The notes below the pieces were generated by a model. The model did not search any database, was not told the DNA's origin, and saw only the letters and a list, made by a program, of their open reading frames with translations. A stretch of 62,792 nt of DNA, the filler included. It is 6 parts of 6 records of this genome, joined end to end, with 100 filler letters (N's around TTAATTAATTAA, not from the genome) between each part and the next. Parts side by side here need not be neighbours in the genome. Positions count along the whole stretch, not along the records: positions 7,718 to 33,711 come from SRR31156797_6324; positions 33,812 to 39,024 come from SRR31156797_6345; 4 more parts are not named here. The stretch is one strand, 5' to 3'. Shown here piece by piece: positions 27,908 through 38,274 of the stretch. The translations under genes were made by a program, and so were the position numbers. The first letter of the stretch is position 1. Each line of letters opens with the position of its first letter.

Positions 27908-29368
27908 TTAATAAATAATGGTTTGTATTGCTCTTGCAGGTATTTCAATTTGCGCAGCAATATTAGCTCCAACATAAAGCTTATAATTCATTTTTTCATC
28001 GGAACCATTCATTACAACAGTAATTATTTTTCCATCTTTGTTAATAAACGAAGTACTTTCTAAAAAGCTAATGCTCGAAACTGTGCTTACTCTTTTAGCT
28101 CCCGGGCGAATGTATTTTGAAAAATGACCTAAATAGTAATAAGATGGTGTATAGATCAGACTATCGGTTCTGGTATCAGCATGAATAGGGGCGAAACACA
28201 AATTATTTACATGATTTGGTCCACCGGTTTCATCTAAAAGTATATTCCAATCGGTCCAACCAACAGTTCCTCTGTTAAAATCATTAATGATAGAGTGACC
28301 ATATCTTTCGGCATTAGGCCAATGTTGATATTTTTCAGGATCGAAGCTTTCGTTACATCCTTCTGTAAATAATAATTTTTTATCAGGATAGGCTTCCTGA
28401 ATTTTTTGAAGGTTTTCGAACATTGGTTCACCTTTTCTCCAGGTTTCGTACCAGTGGAATCCAGTTCCCCAAGCATATTTGGAAGCTTCAGGATCATCGA
28501 AAATCGTATTTGCTCTGTGTGTTATTAAATCACGATTGTGATCCCAAACAACAATATTTTTATCTCTTAATCCTTCTTTTTCCAATACAGGACCAAGGTG
28601 ATTTTTAAGAAAGTCGCGTTCTTCTTCAGCAGTATAAATACACGATTCCCAACGCTGAACTGCCATCGGTTCATTCTGAATCGTAATTCCCCATACTGGA
28701 ATTCCTTCTTTCTCGTACGCCTTTATGAATTTTGCGTAGTATCTAGCCCATGAATCATAGTATTCAGGTAGTAATTTTCCTCCTTGCAGCATGTTTCTAT
28801 TGTCCTTCATAAATGCGGGAGGACTCCACGGACTGGCGTAAAATAGCATAGACCCACCGGCTTTTTCAATGGCTCTTTTAATCATTGGCAGGCGATACTC
28901 TTTATCAATATCAATGGAAAATGTTTTTAATTCTTTATCTCCTTCATCTATATAAGTAAAGTTCCCTTTGCTAAAATCACACGAATGAATTGAAGTACGC
29001 ATTAAACTGTAATCGATACCATTTTTACCATAGTATGCATTTAACAATTCTTCCTGTTTTTCTTTTGAAAGTTTAGCAAAAACTTCTGCGGAGGCATCCG
29101 TTATAGCTCCTCCAATTCCAATAAAGCTTTGAAAAGTATTGTTAGGATTCACAAAAATTGAGTTCTCGGTTTCCTTGGCTTGTTCTGATTTCGAAAATAA
29201 AACTTCACCGGTATTACTCAATCTCAAGTTTGTATCTTTTGCAGTGGTGATTACTCTTGCTGTTTTGCCTTCTGTAGTATACGGAAGAACAGATTGCTTG
29301 TGAATTTTAGTGGATGGTTGAGAACAGGCAGATAGTAAAATGGCTAAAACTGTAATGTATTTTGTCAT
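27908..29368 (-). CDS. GH30 glycoside hydrolase lipoprotein (glucosylceramidase-like)
   Basis: 'ASPWSPPAFMK', 'TIQNEP', 'LFTEGC', 'TDWNILLD'; lipobox LSAC. Confidence 0.9.
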   Translation of the reverse strand: MTKYITVLAILLSACSQPSTKIHKQSVLPYTTEGKTARVITTAKDTNLRLSNTGEVLFSKSEQAKETENSIFVNPNNTFQSFIGIGGAITDASAEVFAKLSKEKQEELLNAYYGKNGIDYSLMRTSIHSCDFSKGNFTYIDEGDKELKTFSIDIDKEYRLPMIKRAIEKAGGSMLFYASPWSPPAFMKDNRNMLQGGKLLPEYYDSWARYYAKFIKAYEKEGIPVWGITIQNEPMAVQRWESCIYTAEEERDFLKNHLGPVLEKEGLRDKNIVVWDHNRDLITHRANTIFDDPEASKYAWGTGFHWYETWRKGEPMFENLQKIQEAYPDKKLLFTEGCNESFDPEKYQHWPNAERYGHSIINDFNRGTVGWTDWNILLDETGGPNHVNNLCFAPIHADTRTDSLIYTPSYYYLGHFSKYIRPGAKRVSTVSSISFLESTSFINKDGKIITVVMNGSDEKMNYKLYVGANIAAQIEIPARAIQTIIY

Positions 29369-29400
29369 GGTAAATGATTCTTAATCTGGAAAAATAGGGA

Positions 29401-29430
29401 AAGACTACCTCGCTTGGAGGCAGTCTTTTT
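29401..29430 (-). terminator. Intra-operon stem-loop between susD and GH30
   Basis: AAAGACTACCTC-gcttg-GAGGCAGTCTTT. Confidence 0.55.
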
Positions 29431-29450
29431 ATAATTGTATGTAGTTGGTT

Positions 29451-30986
29451 TTAATATCCAGGGTTTTGATCGGAATCGCTAATAGCATTGTTAGCAATAA
29501 TTTCATCCTGAGGAATAGGGAACAATTCGTGCTTGTTAGATTGGTAACCTAAACTACCCAATTCTTGAGTTGCCAGATTCCAACGAACCAAATCCCAGTA
29601 TCTGCTTCCTTCAAATGCTAATTCTAATTGTCTTTCTGTAACAATAGCCTGAAACATATCATCAGAAGCAGTAATGTCGGATAATCCTGCACGAGAACGA
29701 ACTTTGTTCATTTCAATTAATGCTTGTTCATCTTGACTTGAGAAATGATAAGCCTCAGCAGCCATTAGAAGAACATCTGCAAATCGCATTAAGCGCCAAT
29801 TTGTTGTATAGTTCAATTCAGGAACGCCACTTTCGCTGGTTTCTGAAGCTCTGGTTACATATTTCATTCGCATATAGCCTTCGTAATCATGAGCGTTAGG
29901 ATCTTCGATAACACCACCTGTTGCTTCAAAATCAGCAGCAGACATTACAGTTACGTTTCCACGCTCAGTATCACCAGCATCAACAAAAGCCTGACCTATT
30001 TTAGCAGATGGCATGTTGAATCCCCAACCATTAACAATATCCAAAGATGAACCAGATAAGTTGAATAAATTGCCACGTGGACCTTGTAGCTGAACCTCGA
30101 TGTTATTCTCGTTTCCACCGCCCCATGGGAAATTACCCCAATCGTATGATTCTTGTGCGGTATATGAAATTTCGAATAACGATTCTTGTCCAAACTCAGT
30201 TTCTTTTGTCCAAACATCAGCAAAATTAGGTTCTAAATCGTATTCAGCACTACTGATAACAGCTGCTAGTTGAGTTGCAGCTTCAGCATATTTTTTCTGA
30301 TACAAAAGAACTTTGCCATAGTATGCCTGAGCGGTTCCTTTTGACATTCTATAACGATCAGCAGCACTATATTCACTCTTTAGTGGTAGATCAGGAATTG
30401 CTTCCGAAAAATCTTTCTCAATTTGAGCATAAACCTCAGCAGCACTTGATCTTGGCAAATGATACTCTTCAGAACTAACAGGATTAACTGTCATAAGTGG
30501 TACTCCGCCATAAAGTGTTACTAATTCGAAATAGCAATATGCGCGAAGAGCTTTTGCTTCTGCAATCAATTCTTTTTTACCATCGGTATCTGGTTCTACC
30601 AAGTTAATAATGGTATTTGTTGAACTGATAGTTTTGTAAAAGTTAGACCAGATTAATTTTATTTTATCATTATCTGTTTGAGTAGCAAAATCATCAATAT
30701 TCTGATAACCACTTTGATCACCAGGAGAAGAACCTGCTAAGCAATCATCAGCTGGTAAATTTTTAACAAAGTATACGCTAGCCCAACTTCCACTCGAGAA
30801 ATTGTTTTGCATGGCATTGTAAACACCAACAATTGCAAGTTTAACTTCATCTTCAGTATTTAGAAAATTATCACTGGTAACAAGTCCAGTAGGATCGATC
30901 TCTAGAAAATTGTCTTCGTTACAGGAGGTACTAGAAATAGCTATTGCAACTCCCAATATATATTTGAATATTTTTAAATATTTCAT
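29451..30986 (-). CDS. susD: RagB/SusD-family glycan-binding lipoprotein
   Basis: 'EAKALRAYCYFELVTLYGGVP', 'RFADVLLMAAEA', 'ERQLELAFEGSRYWDLVRW', 'QNPGY'. Confidence 0.93.
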   Translation of the reverse strand: MKYLKIFKYILGVAIAISSTSCNEDNFLEIDPTGLVTSDNFLNTEDEVKLAIVGVYNAMQNNFSSGSWASVYFVKNLPADDCLAGSSPGDQSGYQNIDDFATQTDNDKIKLIWSNFYKTISSTNTIINLVEPDTDGKKELIAEAKALRAYCYFELVTLYGGVPLMTVNPVSSEEYHLPRSSAAEVYAQIEKDFSEAIPDLPLKSEYSAADRYRMSKGTAQAYYGKVLLYQKKYAEAATQLAAVISSAEYDLEPNFADVWTKETEFGQESLFEISYTAQESYDWGNFPWGGGNENNIEVQLQGPRGNLFNLSGSSLDIVNGWGFNMPSAKIGQAFVDAGDTERGNVTVMSAADFEATGGVIEDPNAHDYEGYMRMKYVTRASETSESGVPELNYTTNWRLMRFADVLLMAAEAYHFSSQDEQALIEMNKVRSRAGLSDITASDDMFQAIVTERQLELAFEGSRYWDLVRWNLATQELGSLGYQSNKHELFPIPQDEIIANNAISDSDQNPGY

Positions 30987-31032
30987 TTTTTTAGAATTTT
31001 TAGTTTGTTATTACAGATAAACTAAATATTGC

Positions 31033-33711
31033 TTAGAAATTAACAGATACACCGAAAATTACTTTACCAGCGATAGGGTAGATACCACGATCAACACCTT
31101 GTCTTGTAACTGTTGAACTACCAGCTTCAGGATCTAATCCTTCATAATCAGTGAATGTGAAAAAGTCATCAAGAGAAACAAAAACTCTTGTACGGTCGAT
31201 TCCTGCTTTTTGAGTAAATGACTTAGGAAGTGTATATCCTAATTGAATTTGCTTAATGCGCATGTAAGATCCATCTGATACCATTAAATCACTTCGGTAT
31301 ACATAGTCTGAGGTATTGTCAGCTGCAGGTCTGCTTGCACTGGTATTACTTGGTGTCCATCTGTTATCATACATGAACTTAGGTTTGTTTGAGAATGGAC
31401 GATCAGAACGGAACCAACCCATGAATACATCATTCCCTTTTGAACCTTGTAAGAACAAGTTAAAGTCAAAACCTTTATACTGAGCATTAAATGTTGCACC
31501 ATACAACAAGTCTGGATGAGGATCTCCAATGTATGTTTGATCAGCTGCTGTAATTTCGCCATCGTCGTTTGTGTCAACAACTACTGGAGCACCCGTTGTT
31601 GGGTCGATTCCATCAGTTTTATAACCTTTGAAATACCACATTGGTAAATCTTTCTCGAACCATGTTAGATTGTACCCACGAAGGTTGTCACCTGCAATTG
31701 GAGAACCAGCTTGTTTTGTTACTTTGTTATCTAAGGTAGAAAGGTTTAAGTTAATGCTATACTTGAATTCGTTATCATTGTTTCTGTAACCCAATTCAAA
31801 ATCAAAACCTTTATTCTCAACTTCTCCAGCATTAAAATTTGGAAATTCATTTCCAACTGATAAAGGGCCATAAAGTGTAAAAATTAAATCTTTGGTTTTC
31901 TTGTTGTAGTAATCCATCGAGAAAGTAAGCTTCCCGTTCATTGATCTTAAATCTAAACCTAAGTTGAGTTGTTCTGTAGTTTCCCAAACCAAATCAGGGT
32001 TAATTAATTTGTCAATTTCAGCACCTGGTTGATATGCATCGTCAGCACCAGGATATTGTATGCCTGCAAATGTCCAGAATTCACGATCTTCATTACCTGG
32101 TAAGTTAGCTCTACTACCATTCTGTCCCCAACTTCCTCTTAATTTTAGGTAATCAATTCCTTTAATGTTGAAAAAATCTTCTTCAGAAATGATCCAGCCA
32201 AGTGAAGCTGCTGAGAACACTGCTGATTTATCATTAGTAGGGAATGCATCCGCTGCATCACGACGAATAGAGAATTCAGCCATGTATCTGTTTTGATAGT
32301 TATAAGATAAGCGACTGAAATAAGAAGTCATGGTATGATTTACGTAACCTCCACCAGTTCTATCAAATTCATCAGAAGTTGTATACTCTTGATATGCATA
32401 TTGGTCACCTTCAGCGATCATTGGACCTGAGTGCATTGTCCAATTTGGTTCCTGATTTTCTTCAGCAGAGTAACCTGCTAAAATGGTAAATTCATGATCA
32501 CCAATTTTAGTATTGTAAGTAGCAAAGTTTTCCCACAACCAGGTGTACCACTTGTTAATGTTATCGGTAACTGAAGTTGCAGAGTTTTGATTCTCACTTG
32601 AGAAATAATAAGTTGGAGCCCAAGCATGCTCAGTCTGGTATGTTAAATCAAGACCAATACGAGAAGTGATTGATAAACCTTTAATTGGCTTAACAGTAGC
32701 ATAAGCCATACCTAATAATTTATCTTGCTTAATTGTATTGTGATAGGTTTGTAATAAGGCTACAGGATTAGCGGTTTCACCAGTTACATACTGAGCTAAT
32801 CCGTAGTATCTTCCATTACGATCTTGTAAGATTGGATTGCCTGCATCTAATAAACTTTGAACGTTACTTGGCGTTCCATCATAAGTAATAGGAGTAAGAG
32901 GATCAATAAGTAAAGCATTATTTACAACACTTCTGTATTCATCATCTTCACCAATATATTTTTGTTTTGAATGAGAAAAACTAAAATTGTTTCCTACCTC
33001 TAACCATTCTTTAACTTTACTTTTTGCATTTATACGTGCAGTAAATCTCTCATACTTCGCTTTGTCGTCGCCAACAACACCATTTTGAGAGAAATAAGAA
33101 CCAGAAATCATATAACTTGATTTCTCTGATCCACCTGTATAGCTTAAGTGATGTTTTTGCATTGGAGCAACTTCAAAAACTTCATCTAACCAATCAGTAT
33201 CTGTTCCATTTAAATCAACAGTACCAGCACCCGATTCTGCCATCCATGTTTTGTACTCTTCAGCATTCATAAGTTCCAAATCGCTTCTTGAACTTTGAAG
33301 ACCATATTGGAAATCGTAGCTGATTTTTCCTTCACCAGATTTACCTGATTTGGTTGTAATAATGATTACACCATTCGCACCTTCGGTACCATAAATTGCT
33401 GCAGAAGCGGCATCTTTCAGTACTTCAAAAGATTCAATATCACCTGGGTCGATGTTGTTGATGTCACCAGTTTTCATTCCATCAACAATAAATAAAGGAT
33501 TAGAATTTCCATTCGAGTTTACTCCACGAATACGAATTTGAGTTCCAGCACCTGGAGAACCAGAAGTTGCTAGCACAGATACACCTGCAGTGCGTCCTTG
33601 AATAGCCTGATCTGCTCTTGAAGCAGGAGTGTTTTGAAGATCTTCTCCTTTTACGCTTGAAATAGATCCGGTATTCAAAGCTTTTTTCTGAACACCATAA
33701 CCAATAACAAC
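31033..33711 (-). CDS. susC: SusC/RagA TonB-linked outer membrane transporter (5'-truncated)
   Basis: 'VVIGYG' at the contig edge, 'LKDAASAAIYG..GANGVIIITTK', 'NPDLVWE'. Confidence 0.94.
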   Translation of the reverse strand, partial: VVIGYGVQKKALNTGSISSVKGEDLQNTPASRADQAIQGRTAGVSVLATSGSPGAGTQIRIRGVNSNGNSNPLFIVDGMKTGDINNIDPGDIESFEVLKDAASAAIYGTEGANGVIIITTKSGKSGEGKISYDFQYGLQSSRSDLELMNAEEYKTWMAESGAGTVDLNGTDTDWLDEVFEVAPMQKHHLSYTGGSEKSSYMISGSYFSQNGVVGDDKAKYERFTARINAKSKVKEWLEVGNNFSFSHSKQKYIGEDDEYRSVVNNALLIDPLTPITYDGTPSNVQSLLDAGNPILQDRNGRYYGLAQYVTGETANPVALLQTYHNTIKQDKLLGMAYATVKPIKGLSITSRIGLDLTYQTEHAWAPTYYFSSENQNSATSVTDNINKWYTWLWENFATYNTKIGDHEFTILAGYSAEENQEPNWTMHSGPMIAEGDQYAYQEYTTSDEFDRTGGGYVNHTMTSYFSRLSYNYQNRYMAEFSIRRDAADAFPTNDKSAVFSAASLGWIISEEDFFNIKGIDYLKLRGSWGQNGSRANLPGNEDREFWTFAGIQYPGADDAYQPGAEIDKLINPDLVWETTEQLNLGLDLRSMNGKLTFSMDYYNKKTKDLIFTLYGPLSVGNEFPNFNAGEVENKGFDFELGYRNNDNEFKYSINLNLSTLDNKVTKQAGSPIAGDNLRGYNLTWFEKDLPMWYFKGYKTDGIDPTTGAPVVVDTNDDGEITAADQTYIGDPHPDLLYGATFNAQYKGFDFNLFLQGSKGNDVFMGWFRSDRPFSNKPKFMYDNRWTPSNTSASRPAADNTSDYVYRSDLMVSDGSYMRIKQIQLGYTLPKSFTQKAGIDRTRVFVSLDDFFTFTDYEGLDPEAGSSTVTRQGVDRGIYPIAGKVIFGVSVNF

Positions 33712-33811
33712 NNNNNNNNNNNNNNNNNNNNNNNNNNNNNNNNNNNNNNNNNNNNTTAATTAATTAANNNNNNNNNNNNNNNNNNNNNNNNNNNNNNNNN
33801 NNNNNNNNNNN
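33712..33811. other. Artificial contig linker
   Basis: N44-TTAATTAATTAA-N44. Confidence 0.98.
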
Positions 33812-34842
33812 AACGGCAGGCTCACCCTAAAATAGCCTCCGTTTTTCGAAATCACCATTTCTTTTCCGGTAAGGTATTCGTATCGTCCGGCCAGGTTTTT
33901 TAAGCCCGTTCCGCTTTTTGTTTCCAGTTGTTTTTTCGGATGAAGGTTATTTTCAACGATCAATTCATAATCATCGGAAATTGCAACCACAATCTTTAAC
34001 GGATTAGCTTTCGAAATTTCGTTGTGTTTAATGGCATTTTCTATTAGCGCTTGCAACGATAAAGGAATTACTTTCCCTTCTACCTTTTCGTTGGCAATAA
34101 TATCTACTTGCAAAGCTTCTCCAAACCTGATTTGTTGCAGATAGATGTATTTTTCCACAAAATCGATTTCCTCTTTTAACGAAATAATATCGAGGTCTTT
34201 AAAATGAAGTACATCGCGGTAAAATCTCGATAACTCATTATTAAATTGTTTGGCTTTATTTACATCAATATCCATTAAACTGCCCAAAATATTTAAACTA
34301 TTAAATAAAAAATGAGGATTGATTTGATCTTGTAAAACCTTGTATTGCAACGACAATGATTCGCGTTTCACTTCTTCTTTTTGACGTAACTCTTCGCGCC
34401 AGGCTTTAAAAAAAGAAATGGCATAAATAATTGAGGCTATAATTACAAAAATGATGTACTCCGAAATGATAATTCCCCGGTTGTATTGCCAAAAAGCTGC
34501 CCACTCGCGATCCATAATATGAATAAACCAAAACCAGTTAACGGTCCAGATTACAAGGCTTGAATAAACAAGGTGCATAGAAAGAGCAAAACTTATACTT
34601 CTAAGCGGGCGATTGATCCAATCGATTAGTCGTTTGTCGAGTTTATTAAAAAGATAACCATTGGCAAACAAGGGGAGACCTAAACTCAGCGAATATCCGG
34701 CATTCCATAAATATTGTAAAAACGGCATTTTTAACGAACCCCCCATTAATACGGTGGTTACTAGTCCGATAAGAACGGAAACAACTATGGCAGTTATCCA
34801 GTTTTTAATGGTTCTTTTCATACAAATCTTTTCGATGGTCAT
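33812..34842 (-). CDS. LytS/AlgZ-type sensor histidine kinase (3'-truncated)
   Basis: 'QINPHFLFNSLN', 'LQALIENAIKHN', 'GTGLKNL', N-terminal TM segments. Confidence 0.9.
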
Positions 34843-34905
34843 TATTTCGGATTTTGAAGATAATTAAAAAACAGAATCAGGAAGGAATTTCTTAATGTTG
34901 ATTGC

Positions 34906-34942
34906 AAAAAATGGAAGCCTGGCTTAACTTGCAGGCTTCCAT
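34906..34942 (-). terminator. Intrinsic terminator
   Basis: ATGGAAGCCTG...CAGGCTTCCAT with an A-run on the left. Confidence 0.65.
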
Positions 34943-34966
34943 CTAACCTTTTCATCTCTTTTCCAT

Positions 34967-35596
34967 CTACTCCTTACATTTATCCAGTAATTCCTGATTA
35001 TGGTAAGCTCCCCAGCTTGGCATTAATGCATTTTGAGGTTTGTTTGTCTCAAACATTTTGGCTGCTTTTGCTAACAACGGCTGGGCTTTTTTTGCCCCTC
35101 CGCCAAAGAATTTAGGCGTGTGAAAGATGTTACTTCCCCGCAGGTAATACACCCTGGGATTCTCCGGATTTAGTTTCTCTGCCACGTCGATTATTTCAGC
35201 AGCTTTTCTCGAATATTTGGCTCCTTTGCTCATGTCGGTAATCCGAAGCTGGTAAACCAAAGCTTGTAAACAGTATAATTCCGATTCATCTTCAACTTTT
35301 TTCTGAAGTTGATCGATAATGCTTTGCGCTTTATCTAATTGTTTGTGAATATCATCGGCTTCCATTTCATCAAAAAAGGTTGATCGAATAAAACTGTAAG
35401 CAGAATAATAGGCGGGCAACCATTCGTTTTGTTCGGCCTGGGCAATACGTTCAAACTGATTGGCTATTACCTGAAGTTCGGCCGAGCTGGTTAATTGATA
35501 CATCTTATCAATGTTTGTTTTCATGGCTTCTTCATATTTTGAAGAAAAAACTGTGGTTGAAATTGCAACGAGTAAAAATGTAATAATTGTTTTCAT
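34967..35596 (-). CDS. Exported TPR-like hypothetical protein
   Basis: Signal peptide; 'NPENPRVYYL', 'TPKFFGGG', 'PSWG'. Confidence 0.75.
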   Translation of the reverse strand: MKTIITFLLVAISTTVFSSKYEEAMKTNIDKMYQLTSSAELQVIANQFERIAQAEQNEWLPAYYSAYSFIRSTFFDEMEADDIHKQLDKAQSIIDQLQKKVEDESELYCLQALVYQLRITDMSKGAKYSRKAAEIIDVAEKLNPENPRVYYLRGSNIFHTPKFFGGGAKKAQPLLAKAAKMFETNKPQNALMPSWGAYHNQELLDKCKE

Positions 35597-35730
35597 TTTA
35601 GTATTATTTTTAATTGTTATTGGAATTCGGTATAACTTGCCTTTTGGCTTTGTTTTATCATTCTGTTTGTTTGATTTAATTTCCGATTCAAAATTCGTTT
35701 GATCGATGTTGTTTTAAAATTGTTCTTTTC

Positions 35731-35761
35731 TGAATTGTTGATTTGTTATGATGAATTGTAG
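35731..35761 (-). promoter_or_regulatory. LytTR-type direct-repeat site
   Basis: ACAATTCA twice on the minus strand with a 21-bp period. Confidence 0.6.
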
Positions 35762-35861
35762 TTTTTCCTATTCTTTCGAATAAGCTACTGTTAAAATATC
35801 GATTAGATAACTTACCGGATCGACAGGTTAATGATTACTCACGAAACAAGAATTGTTGTTC

Positions 35862-38003
35862 TTAAAAGTTTAAAAACAAACCAATAAACACAAATCGTTT
35901 ATAATTGCGTTTCACTGGAACCATCGAGTCATTTTCGTCTGTGCCGGTAATGCCGGTTGGGCGGTAACTTAGTATGTTGTTGTTACCAAGTACGTTGTTT
36001 ACCGAGCAGTATAGTACCGAATATTGGTTGCCAATGTAAAAAAGGTGGCTAAGGTTAAGACTAAGGTCTGAATACATTTCGGTTTTTTCGCCATTAAAAG
36101 CCGATGATTCGGGATTGTTGTACGGTTTGCCGCTGGTAGCTGTAAAAGAAGCTCCAAACTGGGTGTTAATCTTGTTAACCCAGTATTTCCCTACCACCGA
36201 AAAAGTATGATCGGAAATGAATTCGGGCGTAGCTCTTTCAGGATAATATTTGTATTTACGCTTGGTGTCGATGTATGAATAAGTTACCCAATAATCGAAT
36301 CCTTTTATACTTTTTTGATCGCGCCAGAACAGGTCAAAACCCGAAGCATATCCGCTTCCCTCGTTCTGAAGATTCTCTGGTAATTCATAATCTCCCACTT
36401 CGTATGTAATTAATTTATTGTACGTTTTGTAATAAGCTTCAGCCCTGAATAATCTTTCCGAAACTTCGCCAAACTGATAACTTAAAATATAATGAGAGGC
36501 TTTTTCGTAATCGAGGTCGGTATTGTATTTCAGGTAATCGGCCTGAGGTGTTTGGTGGTACATCCCCCATGCTCCCGAGAGTTGAGCTTTTTCTCCGGTT
36601 TTCCAGGCCAGGGCAAAACGCGGAGCAATGTTCCATTTGTTTATAACCGATGAATATTCGCTCCGAAGACCAGGGCGTAAAGCAAAGTTTTTTGAGCATT
36701 TAATTTCCGGTTCAATAAAAACTCCAATCAGGTGATCATCAAATTCACTGGTATATGTTTCCCCTTCATTGGCAATATAGTTCTGGTTGTATTTATTGAA
36801 AGTTTCATTAGCCCCCCAGGTTACTTTTACCCCTTCCGAAATATCGTGAACAACAGCAAACCGGGTTTCAATGTTTAGTTCGCGGGTGTTAACATCATCT
36901 GTGTCTAAACCAATTTTATTGTCTTGCCAGGTAGAAGAAACTCCTATTCGATAGCACGAATTTTCAGAAAAACAATCGCGGTACGAAAAATTGGAATAAA
37001 CAGTGGTTCCGTTATTTGAAATATGCATTAACGCTTCATCGATGCCGGAGGGGACATTGTAAGCCAGGTCGCCATAATCAGCAGTAAGATAAGCTTTAAA
37101 AGTTCCGGTAGAATTAGGTTTATATCGAAAAACTGCTGTGCCATTTACCGATTCCGCCGGATTCTCCCAATCGATACTACTGTTAAAGATCTTATTGTAA
37201 GCACCAAGGTTCGTATATCCTCCCGAAAGCATTAAGGAACTTTTGTCCCAGCGTTTGGTATGGTTGGCCTCTGTACCAATACTCATTAAAGAAACTCCGG
37301 TTACATCATTCTCTGCCAAGTCGGTAGAATTTAATACCAACACCGAAGAAAGTGCCTGTCCATACTCGGCTGAATAGCCTCCGGTATTAAATTGTACACC
37401 ATTAAATAACGATGGGGCAAAACGCCCACGTGTTGCTACATCGGGGGTTTTCGAATAATACGGTTTAGAAGCAATAAGTCCATCAATATAAGTCGCTGTT
37501 TCATAGGTGTCTCCACCTCGTACCAGTAACCGACCATCATCGACCGATGCCTGAGTGCCGGGCATTGTGCGGATGGCTGCCATTACATCGCCATTGGCAC
37601 TGGGAGTTGTGTAAACATCCAAAGGTTTCATAATCGAAGCACGCGATTCATCGTCGGCTGTAAAACTTCCGGCAGTAATGGTAACGGCATCAAGTGTATT
37701 TACACTTTCGTGAAGAATAATTTCAACTTCAACAGCAGAAGAAAGATCAATTTCCTTGGTCCATGTTTTATAACCAATAAATGAAGCAACCAGGTTTTTA
37801 TTTCCTGTTTCGAAACTTTTAAAAACGAAATTCCCATCGGCATCAGAACTGGCTCCATCATAAGTATTTTCAATAAAAATATTCACACCCGGAATTGGTT
37901 CACCGTTTTTTGCTGTCACCCTTCCGCTAATGGTTTGCTGACCAAAAACGAAAGAGGTGATAAGTGCAATGGTAATTGTAAAAATAGTTTTCATGATTTT
38001 CAT
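35862..38003 (-). CDS. TonB-dependent receptor
   Basis: CarboxypepD_reg-like N-terminus, plug 'LLVRGG', 'GGYSAEYGQALSSVL', C-terminal F. Confidence 0.9.
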   Translation of the reverse strand: MKIMKTIFTITIALITSFVFGQQTISGRVTAKNGEPIPGVNIFIENTYDGASSDADGNFVFKSFETGNKNLVASFIGYKTWTKEIDLSSAVEVEIILHESVNTLDAVTITAGSFTADDESRASIMKPLDVYTTPSANGDVMAAIRTMPGTQASVDDGRLLVRGGDTYETATYIDGLIASKPYYSKTPDVATRGRFAPSLFNGVQFNTGGYSAEYGQALSSVLVLNSTDLAENDVTGVSLMSIGTEANHTKRWDKSSLMLSGGYTNLGAYNKIFNSSIDWENPAESVNGTAVFRYKPNSTGTFKAYLTADYGDLAYNVPSGIDEALMHISNNGTTVYSNFSYRDCFSENSCYRIGVSSTWQDNKIGLDTDDVNTRELNIETRFAVVHDISEGVKVTWGANETFNKYNQNYIANEGETYTSEFDDHLIGVFIEPEIKCSKNFALRPGLRSEYSSVINKWNIAPRFALAWKTGEKAQLSGAWGMYHQTPQADYLKYNTDLDYEKASHYILSYQFGEVSERLFRAEAYYKTYNKLITYEVGDYELPENLQNEGSGYASGFDLFWRDQKSIKGFDYWVTYSYIDTKRKYKYYPERATPEFISDHTFSVVGKYWVNKINTQFGASFTATSGKPYNNPESSAFNGEKTEMYSDLSLNLSHLFYIGNQYSVLYCSVNNVLGNNNILSYRPTGITGTDENDSMVPVKRNYKRFVFIGLFLNF

Positions 38004-38109
38004 AGCTTGTTTTTGTTTGTAAATATTGCTTACTGTTTTTATGTTGAATTGTCCTTTTTTACTGATTCAAAAATCCAACGAAAACTGTAGCTATGAAAAA
38101 TGATATTAC

Positions 38110-38140
38110 CGAAATGTAGATTGTTGGGGATGAATTGTAG
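38110..38140 (-). promoter_or_regulatory. LytTR-type direct-repeat site
   Basis: CTACAATTCA / CTACATTTCG on the minus strand with a 21-bp period. Same offset to the promoter as at 35731. Confidence 0.6.
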
Positions 38141-38177
38141 AACTGGCAGAATGTTTAGAGAAAATATCTTTTACCAT

Positions 38178-38210
38178 AAAAAAGGCTGTTCGGTATTTTC
38201 GAACAGCCTG
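38178..38210 (-). terminator. Intrinsic terminator of the DUF4382 gene
   Basis: AGGCTGTTCG-gtatttt-CGAACAGCCT plus an A-run. Confidence 0.65.
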
Positions 38211-38274
38211 ACATTAAATATGGGAATTGTCATACCTTGATGATTGACATGATGGTGATCCGGGATAAACTTTG

